A stretch of DNA of 64,000 nt. It comes from Marsupella aquatica. Its lineage: Eukaryota; Plantae; Marchantiophyta. The stretch is from positions 26,621,233-26,685,232 of the forward strand of contig OZ316892.1 of assembly GCA_973895155.1 (NCBI GenBank), read 5' to 3'. A program made the translations under genes and the position numbers. The notes beneath the pieces are model-generated. The model searched no databases. It worked only from the letters and a program-made list of their open reading frames with translations, and was not told the origin of the DNA. Shown here piece after piece: positions 1-14,365 of this stretch; positions within the stretch are counted from its first letter, which is position 1, and the number at the start of each line of letters is the position of its first letter.

Positions 1-561
1 TAGATGTCCAGAAGAGTATCTATAAGTAAATCTCCAAACAATGTAATTCGCAAATTCACATGTTTAATTCCTTTAGCCAAGAAACACTGCACGGCTAGCA
101 AGCACGTTCGAGACCGTACCATATTTGGATGGCGCGACACATCCTCGCCTACTAAAGGCTGTCAAGAGGAGCTCAGTGAAAGTAGACATGGCCAATAATC
201 TTACTCACATCAGCAGACTGTACTTTGTAAAACAGTCCGAGTCCCGCAGGGTATTCCTCGACAGGCTGTGGCATGCTAGTTTTACATATGAGAACAAATA
301 GGTCCAAGTGCACAGTAGTAGGTACTCTAAACTCCGGACGATTGAGGTGTCACCGAAGAGGCAAAAATCCACACCATTTCTTTTTACATCCACTAGTTCA
401 TTCCATGTGACTCCAGAATAAAAGGAAACTTGAGCCGAGGCACCAGAGATAATCCGGTAGAGTGACCACAAGCCAGACACAGCTGCAAATAAATCACTGT
501 CCTGAAAGAAATCGAACATGTCCTCGCCAGAGCGGTAAATGGGTTCTAACCGGTCACATAC

Positions 562-2905
562 CTCATCAATCACCTCTTTGATCAGCTCATGAGCCATATC
601 CGTCTGCTTCTTGCTCCCAATCAAAGTAACCATCCTTTCTGTCGCACCTGGTTCAGTCTCTCCATCATTTTGAACCTGCAGGGGAACAAGCTATACACCA
701 CATTAGGAAAAGTATTAGTAAGTAGCTGTATCCCTCAATAGCCGTAAATCAAGTACAACTACATTATCACAGTAGGGTCGCATATCAAATTTAAAAAGCA
801 ACGTTTCTACACGTAAAAATGAATGAACACACCTGTATACGGGCTCCGGAACGTCCCTGCAAATTCTTAATCGTTTCGCCGCCCCGTCCAATAATAAGCC
901 CAACCTGAAATAGTCCTCACCATTTTAAGTCAAAAGACCGTTCGGACGGCTTGAGAAACTAGCGACGGAATCAGTGCAGGTACACATTCTCCTCGACAGT
1001 CAGGAACTCACCTTGTTGTTTGGAACCTTGATTTGAACTTGATCTCCAGGAGGAGCGAGTCCTCCAAATCCACGAGCCACGAGCGCACCTGATCCTCCAG
1101 CAGCGGCCTGCTGTGTGTCTCCCCACAACACGTAACTATATAAATACTTTAACCAAAGTGCTTGAATACAGACCAAAACCAAAATGTGCGAAAAGCATGA
1201 TCGCGTGGAATCCCCGAAACATGCAGTGTACGGTTTAGTGGACACGGTGGTTACCATATCTATCACGTACAGCAACGCAGAAAGTAACGCAGATAGGAAC
1301 AGTGTACGGTACAGACCTCAGCAATGACATCCTTGATGAGCTGTTCCGCACGAGTTATTTGGTCTGGGGAGCCCATGAGTTCGACTTGCCGGGTTGGAGC
1401 GCGAGGGTCTGAATCGGCATCTCTTGCCACTTGTATCCTCGCTCCGGATTGATGTTGCAAATACTTAATAGTTTCCCCTCCTTTTCCAATCACAAGACCG
1501 ACCTTGGAGTTCGGCACGTCAATTTTCCGAGACTGGTTTCCTTGCTGGTTGTAATATGATGGCGCTTGATGGTAAGAATCTTGAGATTGGTTGTGCTGTG
1601 AATGGTCTTCTTGTTGTAGCTCCTGCCGCTGGATGTTGTGGTTGTGGTCTGCTCCAGCAAAATGTGAAAGACACAGATGGTCATGGCGGGCCACTTTGCA
1701 AAAACGATCCCACAGCCAACACTACTACATGGTAGTCTCTAAGGACCCTTTGTACTTAACCATGTCAATCTGTCAGTGACACAACAATGCGAAGCCCCCA
1801 CCTCTTACAACAAGATCTGAGAACTCTTTCATCCAAAATGCATCATCTTGTTGCCTCTACATGCGGTCAGAGTGCGTCTCTTTGCAAGCCCCGTGCACAT
1901 AACTCTTTGCCCTATAGCCATCGTTGTGTCAAATGAGTCCTTATTCGTGCTCAAATAGGACTTTCATTGATCCAGAGCAAAGCTCGCTTTCCGCGCCAAT
2001 CGTGTCCAGACACATTTCTCTTCCACTACGAAGTACATATCTCACGATCTTCACAGATGACCCTACCTTTAATGCCACGAGAAAATCCTTCGTCCGGCTC
2101 CACTGAGTTTCTTTTCTTGCCCAAAATATGTCTCTCTCTCCGCAGACATCGCCTATTCTACCAAAATGAAACTCTCGTCGTTCCCAAAAGCATCTCTAAT
2201 TCTGCTTCAGTACATATCTCCTTCCACCCAATACGCACCTCATGGTGAAAGACCACATGGCTTGAACAATTGCGTAATGTCTAAGCGCTCTTCTATCGAG
2301 TTGCACTACCGAATACGTCAACCTCCGGTGGACAACGGGAACGCCCAACGACGAAAGAGGAAGACGGTTCTAATTTTCAGCCCTACTGCAGGGTACATGG
2401 ATAACTACATGCAAGGGAAGGTGTTGCTACAATGAAGAGAACTGTCATAGCACTCCAGATCGTTTCTTTCCATACCACAGGCAACACACATTGCCTTCAA
2501 CAGCAGGAAGCCTCAAACACACATAAGTCACTTCGTCTGGCAGACCAAAGAGAGGAGCAAAAGAGGGCACTCACCAGGATACCCTTGGTCGCTATCCGCT
2601 GCCCGGTGTGGTAGAATGTGCTGATCATCATTGCTCTCCTCAGTTCGAGGGCGTTTGAGACCATCACCTCCAACCAACCGTGCCGCTATTTGCTGCACCC
2701 TCTCCTTCGCAAGCTGAAACTCGGTCATCGGTGGCGGGACATTGTTGTAAGTCACAGGAGCGATATCTCCTCCTCCATCCGTCGCTCCTCCTCCGGTAAA
2801 CGACGTCGGCTCCTCTGGCGGGACGTCTTCAAACTTCCTCTTGTTCTCTAATGAACGGGGACCTTCGTATTCGTCGACAACTCGGTGACCACCATCATCA
2901 GCCAT
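562..2905 (-). CDS. KH-domain RNA-binding protein (FUBP/KHSRP-like), 5' part; gene continues beyond the left edge
   Basis: In-frame GT-AG exons 2905-2575, 1648-1317, 1107-1012, 904-833 and 675-562. Two KH domains with GxxG loops (VGLVIGKGGETIK, VGLIIGRGGETIK). Plant-type N-terminus (KRKFED...YNNVPPP...AKERVQQIAARL). Confidence 0.93.
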
Positions 2906-2930
2906 CGGAGCACCTCCAACGACTGTAAAC

Positions 2931-2932
<2 letters not shown>

Positions 2933-2966
<34 letters not shown>
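2933..2966. repeat. (CT)n microsatellite just upstream of the KH gene ATG
   Basis: About 17 CT units, seen directly. Confidence 0.95.
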
Positions 2967-2971
<5 letters not shown>

Positions 2972-5900
2972 CACCGACTACAACCCCTATTAAACAAACA
3001 GCACTACACCAAGAAGAAAAGCGACGACAAAGTCGACACTCGCAAATACAGAGCCACACCCTCGTAAACCCTAAAAGCTCTCCAAGGCGAACAAACTACA
3101 GTAATCTCTATCGCCTCCTCGACAAACTAAACCCTCTTCTTTCGTGATCGCTTCGCCTCGAAGCGAACGCCCGTCACAGCAACAACAACAACAACCAGTC
3201 AGCTACGATAGACTCCCCCAACTCAACGTGCACTGACCAACCTACTAAAAAAGCGGGAGGCGAAAACCACAAAAACCGAACCTCTCTTTTCCCTTTCCTT
3301 GCTCCCAACTTCGCTCGGAAGCGAACGCCGTCACAATAATAATCTCAACAATACTCAGGAGCTACGATTGACTTCCCGACCCCGACGTATCGCCTCGAAA
3401 AAAACTACGCAGAGAAGCGGGAGACGAAATCCACAATACCAAACTCCAGAATCCCCCCGACCGTCCTCTCGTCTCGCTCTCGCTCTCCTTTTCACCTTTC
3501 TCTTTTCTCTTTTCTCTTTCTTGCCTGCCTGCCTGCCCGCCCTCACCTCACCCTACCCTCCCGCTATCCTCAATCAATCAGACAAACATCAATCTCGTCC
3601 TCTCTCCGCACTCGCCATCGACCGATCTCTATCCTCAGTCAAATAACGAGAGGGAAATGAGATCGAGAACGCGTCCGCGATTCGGACCGACGGAATACGA
3701 CGAAAAGTGAAGAAAAGGAAGCAGAAGAAAAGAGGAACGAAAGGAGTTCTCTCCCCTCCGTGTCTTCATCGCTGGGTCGTGGGCTGCGAATGGGAGGATG
3801 GCTCTAGAGAGGGCGGGGGGTCGAATGGGAGCGCTAGAACCGACCCCAACGGGCCGATCGGGGGGGGCGGGGAGGGGCGGGAGCCGTGAGACGGACCGCA
3901 CCCAGTCTACAGAACACAAAGCGACTGAGACCACAGAAACCGTGACCGCACTCTCTCTGTCTGCCCGACCTCCGGCCGCTCCTCCGCGGCGCCTACCGCA
4001 CCACCACCACTCCTCAGGCCGGTGGGTCGGGCTGCTGCCCAGTCCAGTCCGGTCCGGTCCCGCCCCTCCCCGCCGCGCGCGATCACTTGGTTCGGATGGA
4101 TGGATGGATGGATACAAACGTTGGAGAGTGTTATTTGGACGAGGCGACAATCTTATGTGTCGAAATAGGGCAATAGGGCCTCTCAAATATTGACAAAAAA
4201 AAACCCACCCCATGGACATCCCACAATGAGCTAGGGTGCACCCAAACTGGGTATAACAGGCTGTGATCTTTTCGCGCACTCAGATTTGAGAGGGGTCATG
4301 GCACTGTGTGTAAATGGCAACCTGAGTCAATGAATACACTCAAATCGGGTCATCTTCCTCGTAGGAGTAGGGCCTCCATTTCAATCACAACTCGTTGGCG
4401 TCACATTTTTATGCCCAACCGGTCCTTTTGCTGCCCCACGCCACAAGGTGGGCGGGTCACGCATGAAAAATTGATTGTGTTTGAGATGCCCTAGTAAGGT
4501 GTGTCAAAGCAAATCCCTAACTGAGTTATGGTCAAGGACATAAGGTGCTTTTTTGGGTAGGATAAAAAATGCTACAGGCTACCTAAATATGTTCTGCATA
4601 AAGATGGATGGTACATCCAAAAAGTCTCAACCATAAGACCTTGCTATCGGCAATGCTCTGACAAACCCTAGTAAGTGAGGTATCACCAGGACATGAACTG
4701 ATTATATAAAGAACATAAAATGTATGGGCTACCTAAATGCATGCTCCATAAGGACTGAACGTCCACAATATAAAAACCATAAGATTCTGCTTATGACAGT
4801 GCTTTGACACACAGTAATGGTGGTGTGTTACATGACTAGTGAAGGCAAGGTCCGGAGGGCAAGGGGGCACTCACGGGGAAGCGTTTTTGGTCGATCGAAT
4901 AAACAGTTTTCAATTGAACCCCTAGGGCTGACTCATAGAGTGGTGATAAAAAATGGTTTTTGCAGAGCATGCCCAGGATTTCTTCTGGGCCAGATGACAT
5001 TTCAGAAATTAAGAGACAGTTAGCAGGATGTTGGTCTGTCAATCATTCCAATCTAAGCTTAGTTACTTTGCTTAATTAATCAGCAGTGGAAAAAGGTGGC
5101 AACATAATAATTAACCAAAAAGAGAGGCAAACCATGTAATCCCGGAAAAAAGTTAGAGTGAAATTGTAATAAATTTCAGAACCTTGTGAAAAACCTTTAC
5201 ACAACCTTGTGAAAAAGTTATGGCCATGCCTCCATGGCCGAATACCATCATCCATAAATTTGAAGCTTTGAGACACCTTATTTGTCTCAGTCAGGGTTTT
5301 GTGTGTTTATCGAGGCATAATGGCAAACCTGTGTGCTTACCTCACCCTGTCCCATGCAATCACATCACTTGGACCAATACTCTAGACTACCTTGCAATAG
5401 TTCACAAAACTAAGGTCCCCATGGCATTCACTCTTGGCTACTATGGATCATATGGATTCAGTTTGTAAGAGTGACTAAGGTGTAATCTTAAGCACTTTCC
5501 CTACCAAAAGGAACCCCAGTCCAATCCAGTGCAGCCTTGCCCTGCCCCACCCAATCACATTGTTTGGACCAAATTTCCATACTACTATTTGTATGATCAA
5601 GTTTATAAAGAAATTCTCAAGCTAGTGAGGGCTAGACAGTTCCTTCCTATCAGTCTGTCCATAGAGACAAGTATCAAGTGACCAAGAGAAATAGAGTTTG
5701 CCATGTTGATAGCATAGCATCTTTGGGTTATTATTGTTGTTGGGAACATAGCTTCACCAAAACCTAGTGAGGGATGAAAGCCACCCAAGCAAAGGGACAC
5801 AAGGCACAAGCACCTAAACTGGTAAGGACAAGCCCAACCCCCAAAAAAGTGAGCACAAAAAGAACTCACAAATATTTCAGTCAAGCCATGAGACCTGGAA

Positions 5901-7048
5901 AAGCTACAGAAGAAAGCACGGCTCTCATTTAGACCCAACATGACATCAACAACATATCTAGCCTGATTACCTATTCCTTGAACATAAATAGAGATGAGTA
6001 GAAAAGAAGACCTTCCATTAGAAAAAATGATTCCATGTTTTTTCTTGTTCACATTTGTCCCCGTCCTTTAATTGTCTGCACCTTCACTTTTAGTTATGCC
6101 CTTATTTAGAGTCATTGTATAGAGACCCTCACTTTCAATCATGCTCTCAATTAGAGTCACGGTCTAGAGGCTTCCTCTAGGCCCGGTCCTAAGGAGTAGC
6201 TTTTAATTGCAATTTATTAGTTGCATAGCCTGTGTAGCATATGTACATGTAATAAACAAAAACTATAATAAGAGTTCCCGCGCGCCACGTTTTAGAGTGG
6301 TTATCTTTTTTAAAATTTAAAGGGCAGAAGGCCTGCACCTATTAGAGTGGTTGTCTTACAAACTTTAATGTTTTCTGTGCCAATAAAATCAGGAGGACAG
6401 AGTTGGAAAAGAAAATAAGGGACATTAAATCAACAGAAAAACATTCCAAGGAAATCAACAGAAAAACAAGCCACGACAAAAAGTGGAGAGGGGATGGATC
6501 CTTGGCCACTGCCTCCTTTGTATGCACTCCTACCCCATTGTACACCCAATCATGTGCTGTGCAATATAAAGTGTACTCGAGTGTCTCTTTGGTACTCCCA
6601 TGAAATGAGTACACTCTATGAAAATACTTGGCAAAATCGAATATCAATTTGAATGAAATAGCAATTGGTTGGGGGCCAAACTACTGGTCCAAAGTTGGGA
6701 GGGGGTCGGAGGGCTCAGGGATGCATATATGAGAATATATTTTACAGAACATCACCTTTTTGTTTAAAGACATCTTTTACACAATGATATCTTCTGTGCA
6801 GTGACATCTTTTACATAGCCACATCTTTTGTTCAATGATATATTTTCAGCCTTAGGTGATGTCTTTTTTGCAAATGATGTCTTGTACATAATGCCATCTT
6901 TTGAGAAACAAAATCTTGTGTGCAACACACAGGTATTGAGCTAGTAAGGCATACTGTTTGGGTAACCAGACTACAAGCTTAGGTTTGAACACATAGCAAC
7001 GCATGATGTTTGGATTCAGGGTTATTCCACAACTGTTTTTCACTTCCT

Positions 7049-7582
7049 GTCCCCCAAACTAGTTTAATTACTAACTTGCCCTCAAAAGTAATTTTATTCT
7101 CTGCTTGTCCCCCAATTTGTATGTGGGTTGGCTTCACCAGCCTAGACTAACCCAAGATGAAATGTACTTGGTGGGGCATGTAGAGGCTTTATATTTGTCC
7201 AAGCTAACAATGAGGCCTATGAGGGGACCAAAACACAAGAATTTTAGCCCATAGAGAGTAGTTGACACCCATCTTCTGATGAGTGTTGGATGGGGGGAAT
7301 GTACTTGGTCCAGGGTGAATGTACAGTTGGAGGGAGTTTGCATGAGAGAATTCCAAGCCTCCATGCATCCACAAATCAATCACATGTCATCTTGAGTTAG
7401 TACAATGGAGATAAGCCAACCCAAACATGAGATCTCACATAAGATGAGGGGCAACCTGATAAAATGTCATCTTGAGTTAGTACAATGAAGATAAGCCAAC
7501 CCATCTATGAGAGGGGCAGCAACCTGATAAAAAAATTAGTTTGGGGGCAGACGTTAGTAATTATTTTGACCAGTTTGGGGGA
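7049..7582. mobile_element. Degenerate MITE/Mutator-like element with ~60-70 bp imperfect TIRs
   Basis: tcccccaaactagtttaattactaac... (~7050) is the imperfect reverse complement of ...gttagtaattattttgaccagtttggggga (~7553-7582). No TSD resolved. Confidence 0.45.
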
Positions 7583-7993
7583 TACTATAGTAGAACAGGT
7601 AACAATCTAGATAATAATTATGACAAACACAATCATTAAAACTAATAGACAAGGGCCCATATAGGTATGGGTGTGTGGTAGCTCACTTGAGTTGAGTCAC
7701 AAGTCTAGAATTCAAATATTGTGACTGATTGTCCTGTTCCATTTTAGTGAGGCTTCACAGCTTCCCCCTTTAGAAAAACAAAACAAAAAAACAAAACTAA
7801 TAGACAAGGGTCCCTTGTTCGTAGGTGTTGTGGAGTCTAATACATAATTTTTTTTGGAATTTCAGGGTTTCAGTGTCAAAGTTGTAGTAGATAACTTTTG
7901 GGGAAGCAAGAGAAAAATTTCTGATGAGTATTTGAAAGAAAATATTCTAACTGAGTTCTTGATGTAAACACTGACTTAGAGCAATGGGTCACT

Positions 7994-8166
7994 CAGATGC
8001 CAACCTTAGCATTTTGGGCACTGTACTCCAAAAAGTACCTTAGTATTTTGGCAGTGTACTCCAAAAAGTTGAGCCCCACGAGCATGTATTGTGTTTGTGA
8101 GCCGGCCACTCTGCTTTGCCCGGCAGATGCCAACCTTAGCATTTTGGGCACTGTACTCCAAAAAAC
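7994..8166. repeat. Short direct duplication (cagatgccaaccttagcattttgggcactgtactccaaaaa x2 plus a partial copy)
   Basis: Identical ~41-nt blocks at ~7994 and ~8124, with a partial unit at ~8038. Confidence 0.8.
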
Positions 8167-9481
8167 TGATCCCCAGCAGATGTATTGTATTCTAAGTTTG
8201 AGCCACTCTGGTTTCTTCACCGTCTCCGACCCCCCTTCAACTCCCTTGGAAACTTTTTCACTCCAAAAGCCCTTGCATTTATTTGGTTGTTCAGAAGCCA
8301 AAATCCTGAGAAGGACGTCGCCATGCACCTTGCTCAAACCTGGGCTCTTCTCACAAAATGTTTTTTTGTAACACAAACCAGATGTCACAGATTCAGGTCT
8401 GTACAGAACCATATATCCCCGACATCACAGGACAATGTTTTAAAGCCAAATTTTTCGCTTTGACTACAAAACGTCATTTCAGACAGTTGAGCATATACGA
8501 ATATGAAGACCTCTCTTTCAGAAATTTGTCTGTCTTTTAAATCACCTCTATATACTCCTCCGGTTCTCAAGGTCTGGCTATGGAGCACAAACATAAAGGG
8601 CAGATGGGATCCAAGATGCCTCTAGCTGCACGTCATCACAAGCATTTCGGTTGATAACTATGGCCACTGACAGAATCAACTGGACGTTGATAGTTTATTA
8701 AACACTGGTCACTAACATGCTCCACATTTAGTCCACTTTCTGTGTTTTCTAAGCAAAGTTACAACCATTTCCCTGAGATTACTGCTCTGACAATTGTGGA
8801 CAAGCAACCACTTGTCGATGTACCAACACACGACAAAGGACACAGATCGGATCACTACTTTAAAGTGTGATAAACAACATTCTTTGATTGACTGTTCCTA
8901 GCATGCGGCAAGAGATGAACCTTTGTGGCCACCCTCAGACCTCTGGAGGGTAGCAACATGATCATGTGCAATGCGGACTGCGAGCTTGAAGAAGCACTGT
9001 AACATTGTAATGCCAGGCATGTGGATAGCATGACCATGAAGCTCTGAAGAGAAGGACAAATGGCCCAAGTACTGGATACTTGGAAAGAATTCACAAATTT
9101 CTTTGTGGACAACCTAAATGTTGAGTGAAGGGGGTGTGAGTGAGAGCATGATATCCTCAAGACCTCAATTGTTCACCTAACAACATGGCTAAAATAGGAA
9201 GGGGAATTATACAACTAATCTTGCCCTAGAGACTATCTCTACCTATAGCTACTTAACTTCTCAACAGACAGCTGAGTTCCTAAAGTCAAGATTCCTGCAA
9301 CATGATTGACCTGCCATCATCCCTATGGGGAGTATGATAGCATGAACCCGGTCATTAGCCAATAGCATTTCCCATGGAGTTTAAGGAGAATGCATGGAAG
9401 GGAAATGAGTAATTAAATTTGCATCCAAATGCCAAAGCTGTAGAACGATCAGAGCATGTTAAGCGTCGGTAACTAGTCACG

Positions 9482-12400
9482 CTAGTTCAGTAAAAGAGAA
9501 TATGCAGGCAAGTCTTCCACCCGGGTGACATCATCCAACTGTAACTCTCGTTCAATTTGTGTTCGTGTTGCACGCAAAACATCCTGCGCAAAGTCCATGA
9601 ACCAACAACAAATCAGAGAGACTCACCCATCTGTAACAACCTCTTCGCAAGAATTGTAGGGAAAAAATCTTTACAAACCGAGGTATAGCAGTCACTCTTT
9701 GAAAACGCGTGGCGTTCACCGCTGCTCTTTAAATATATAGCTGTGAAGAAGTACTGTAAGTACCAAATTGACCCATTGATATGGCTCTTCGCCTGGTCCA
9801 AAGCATTCTTAAACAAAGAATAAATCAGTTCTGTGTGACCCTATCGGTGTCTAATCGAGGATAAAACGAGACAGAGATGCAGGCCAAACATCTCACATTA
9901 AATTCCATGTAGGATGCCCGCATAGCCAGCCACTGTGCATCCATCATCTCAAACGCCACACAATAGAGCATGTCAAATGCCATTTCATCTTCTGCAAAAG
10001 CACAACAACTGATCAACTCAACAACGAACAAGAAAAAGCTCGGATCCTGACTGGCAATTACCCTGCTTTGTTTTATATACAGAGCAAAAAATAACTTCCA
10101 AAACTTTAATTGAAACCTTCGTGAAACTCAACAACAGTTTCATCCTAAACTGTTTTTCAAGGGCCACCCAATTTCCATCCTGATTAATAATCAAGCGAAA
10201 ATCAGTCACAAAAGTATCTAGTGAAGAAATATTGCTTTGGCCGAGCAATTCAAATTCCAGAGATGGACCAATTGATACTTCGGTTGAAATTGGATATTGT
10301 GCCAGATATGAGAACGTGCTTTCACGGACAACACTTACCAGCAAGAATTTTGATAAAAGTTACACCTGCTGTAGACGTGGGGGACGCTGAAATGAACATG
10401 CCAAAAAGTGCACAGCACCGTCCACATTAGCAAGATTAACAAGGTTTCTGCACCGCTACCTTACCGAACAAGAATGTTTCCAAATAACTGACGAGGTCTC
10501 CTAGATATCTTCCTCCAAGACCTGCCTACAGAAACAGACATAAATTTGTCCTGGATGCTGGCAAAAGAGTTCAAACAGCTCATGACCAGCCCAAATTTCC
10601 AGCGCAAGAAAGTAGGGGTTGGCGTGTTAGTGCGGTGGATAGAAAACTTAAGAAATTCCTGAACTGAGCTTCCAAGTTTACACTTTGTCCATCACAGAGT
10701 CAACTGTATACGGGCACTTTCAAGTGTCAACAGTTAAGACTAGGCACATACCTGCTCGAAGGTCCAGCATCTGAATAAGCATAAAAGTGATATTCAGGCC
10801 CGCCACCGCGAACGGGTACTCCCAAGTGGCTCTCTTGCCCTCTTGCTTGTGGAGCAACCTTGCGAATGAGCGCTGCATCCACGTCCCACAAGCAAACAAG
10901 CATATCATGGTATGTTTTAAGGGATACCATGACGAACACTTCATGAACGAAGAGAGTAGCAGCATAATAGTTTTTAAGACAACTCGCAGACATGCAAATG
11001 AGACCCTAGATTCACTTACTGGAAAATTCTGGGCTAAAAAGAGTAGATTCTCCAGTGAAACAAATCCTCCACCCCTGCATATGACCAAGTAATTATCAGA
11101 ACAAGAGATGATAATCAGTAGTTTGTCACTGGCTTTGATGAGAGCATGTAAGAGTCGTGTGGTGTGAAAGATGCTGGCAGATCCAAAGGTCAGGGCTAAG
11201 CGTAGGATTTCTCTGACCCATTCGCAGCCTTTTACTGTATCCATCTACAAACGACGGAACCCTACAATTTTCCTTATTGCAACTGGTATATCTTTCAACT
11301 AATAAAGATGATTAGAGAACCGATAGATCGCCTGTCTATTCCTCAAATAAAGGTCAGGAAAGAGGATCTGGGAGTACAAACCGGAAATCTGTTGAGGGAT
11401 CAACTCCTTGCCAGCCCATCTCTTTCCATTCCTCACAGACAAGGCCAGGAAGCTCACGATTTCTAAAGGCGGCTCGCCAAAGGGCTTTCAAGGCTTCCTG
11501 CATTACAGTAACACAATGTAAATCCAAAGAGACCATCAAAAGATAAAGGGCCAACAGGAACGTAAATCGATCTGCGACGATGCAGTGGGAGCTTATGAAA
11601 AATTGGGAGTATATGTTTGCAGAATTTAACAATATGAGCAATTGGGTGATGCTTGCCTGATGGTCAGGACGAGTCCCATCAAAGGGGACAGAGAGCCGTT
11701 CTTGAAGCCGTTGCAATCTCGCTTCCTGCCTCACGCAAGAAAGTGGGAGAAGTTAAAAACCACACCTCAAAAAGTGGTCCAGTCAACCGAGGATTAGCTG
11801 ACAAAGCACAACACACTCAGAGGAGCACAGCCACGTTCTTTAGGACGTTAGAAAATAGTGGGAAGCCAACAGCTGGTAAACGACAACGATTTGCCAAGGG
11901 AGAAGTAGGATGTAGTTTAGGGTGTCTCATGGGACAGTAAATGAAAGGTGAAGACTGGTACCATCTCTACAGTGATGAAAGCCTTCTGTGCTTGTAGATT
12001 CTTCAACCACTTTTTAGCTCTCTTGTGACATTTCTTCCTTGATCTTCCACGACCCTAAGAGGGTTTAGGGTTGTCCAGAATTATGCTTACAACCAAATTA
12101 GTTTACTGAACTAAATCATCATTTCTGCCTATCACCACTTTACTTGCACGGCGTAATTAGGTTTTGATTCCAAGCCATTCTCTCTTAATTTGTTGAAATC
12201 CAGGACCGATTTCCTTACACATCCTGCCATAAATAACGATGCTGCTGTCCAATGAACCTACTTATCTTTCTTTGTCCTCTTGGACTTTTTCTAGGTAATT
12301 GGGTTCGTTAAGACGAAAGTGTTTGTAGCACTAATGGCTTGCTTTTCAAGCAGGGATCACACTCGTTATTTAGCATAACAAAAGACACGATAAGTAATCG

Positions 12401-14365
12401 AGTGACCTACAAGTACGTCTCATAGTTTGCAATCTGACCACTACATGCTTAACATATTGGCAAGTACAGCATTTGCATCTTGGAAAACTTTCTAAAATGT
12501 GCCACACCACAATAGTATGTTTCAATCAAAAGTCTAGTAGATTATAAACCGCTTGATAAGAATTGGAAACATGACCAAGGAAACAACAACGGTTATGTGA
12601 TCTCACCTCAGCGGGGGTCAGCTGAGCAGCAATTCGATCACCAACAGTCCCTGGCCGCCGTAGGACTCGGAAAACGACGTTGCCTAGCAGGGAACCGGAC
12701 CCAACAACTACGTTTGCTGCATTCATCAATGAGCAATGTTATCGAGAAATTCTAAACTGGATTTAGTATAACGGGAAAGTCTACCGTGTCAAGAGCAGGA
12801 AGACAACCTTCTATAGCATTGATTAAGATTAACACCACAAGACAATTTACAGCACACGATTTAAGCGATGACATCTCAGACACAGACGGCCTACGCCTTA
12901 GGGATTACCTTTTCGACCCGTGCCTTTGGGCACACAAAAACTCATCTTTGCCTTTGAGCACAGTAGACATTTCTTATAAGATACGAAGTGTAGAACTTAC
13001 TAAACCATTGGGCCCACTGCGCAAGCAAGCGAGAGAAGATGTTTGACCACACTGCTTCTTCCTTGGTCCTTCTTAAATCATCCTCATCATCGCTTTCCTG
13101 CAGACAGGCGGCGCCCATTTAGTGCATTTCCAATCGCTAACATGTAACACAACACAAGATGCAAAGTCAGGTAGGAGAATTGCAACAGCGTGATTAACAT
13201 CCCAATTCTTACTGCAACCATTAGTTGCAAAGACAAGTACATTGTAATCTTCCAGGATCAGACTGTTACAAAGCTACGGGTTTAGTCAGTTCCAAAAGCA
13301 GCAACGTTCTTCATTGAAAATATCCCTGGAATCACGAACACAGGATCAAGACCTTACACTTCGCAAACAAGGACACCATCTGGCAGCGTAGCTGCATATT
13401 CCATGTGCCTGTCAAGCCTCTTACCACACATCCCGCCACGTATATGAATGCATGCTCGAGAAACTAATGCCTTAGTATGTAAGCACGCATAGTGCAGAGA
13501 TCAGAGTCCTCTGTAAGAATTCATTGTAGAGAACTGTATTTCTATGTAATAATGCATGCTCAGTCCTATCTGTCTAAAATTGCATACTCAAGACAAACGA
13601 CTTTCAGTCTAAGAAGCAGTCTCGAGGAGTCTTTCTGTCTTACAATGCGACAATGACTATCATGATTATCACCAAACGCATCCAATGAGCTCAGATATAG
13701 TCTGAACCCAGCGCGTGCAATGTAAAGTTTCACCATCCAGTACAGGATTTTGCAGAACTCTTGGAATTCACGGATCGCAGCGTGTGCCACGCGAATTCCG
13801 TACACTATGTATTGCAAGTAACGGACGTGGGTCTGATGACTGGTTGGACGCACAGGGTATCGGAACCAAAGCAGAGATCTTTGGTCCCGATGAAGGGATA
13901 ACTTGATAAAAGATTCATGAAATACGGCAGAGCCTTCGCTGCAGATCTAATAATGATCCGACATGAGAGGAGCAGAAAGACCGATGTCGACTAAGGCAAC
14001 AGCCTGCTGTTCGAGGACGCGGGCGCAGAGCAATTTATTCCGTCGAGACCTAACTTGCTGATCGGTTAACGGATTTCCACAGTACACAGTTTCAGAGCCC
14101 TCAAGCACAGTATCTTCATTCTACAATTGCTTCTCATGAAGTGTGAAAGAAGTAAGCGAGAAGCCCAAGAGGGAGAGGAGGAGGAGTAACAGAAGGAAAG
14201 GGACCAACTCACATAATAAGCTTGGCGGGACTTCTGTTCGTAGAAATCGCTTGTTCCCAAAAGTGGCTCGTTCAAGCCGTCAGACTCCTCAGCACCCACG
14301 CGGTCGTATCTTCCCCCTCCCACATCCTCATGATGGACACGCCTCCGCAATGCTCCCGAACTCAT
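9482..14365 (-). CDS. ELMO/CED-12 domain-containing protein (ELMOD family), 10 coding exons
   Basis: Exons 14365-14213, 13097-13001, 12716-12607, 11725-11657, 11497-11382, 11074-11020, 10872-10752, 10386-10339, 9991-9897 and 9583-9482 join in phase. ELMO motifs WKEMGWQGVDPSTDFRGGG, WEYPFAVAGLNIT, AFDMLYC...SYMEFN. Stop TAG at 9482-9484. Confidence 0.94.

Noticed and set aside
3299-4279. Several overlapping 100-200-aa ORFs
   Set aside because: GC-rich, low-complexity promoter/leader-like DNA upstream of the KH gene; the translations show no protein-like motifs.
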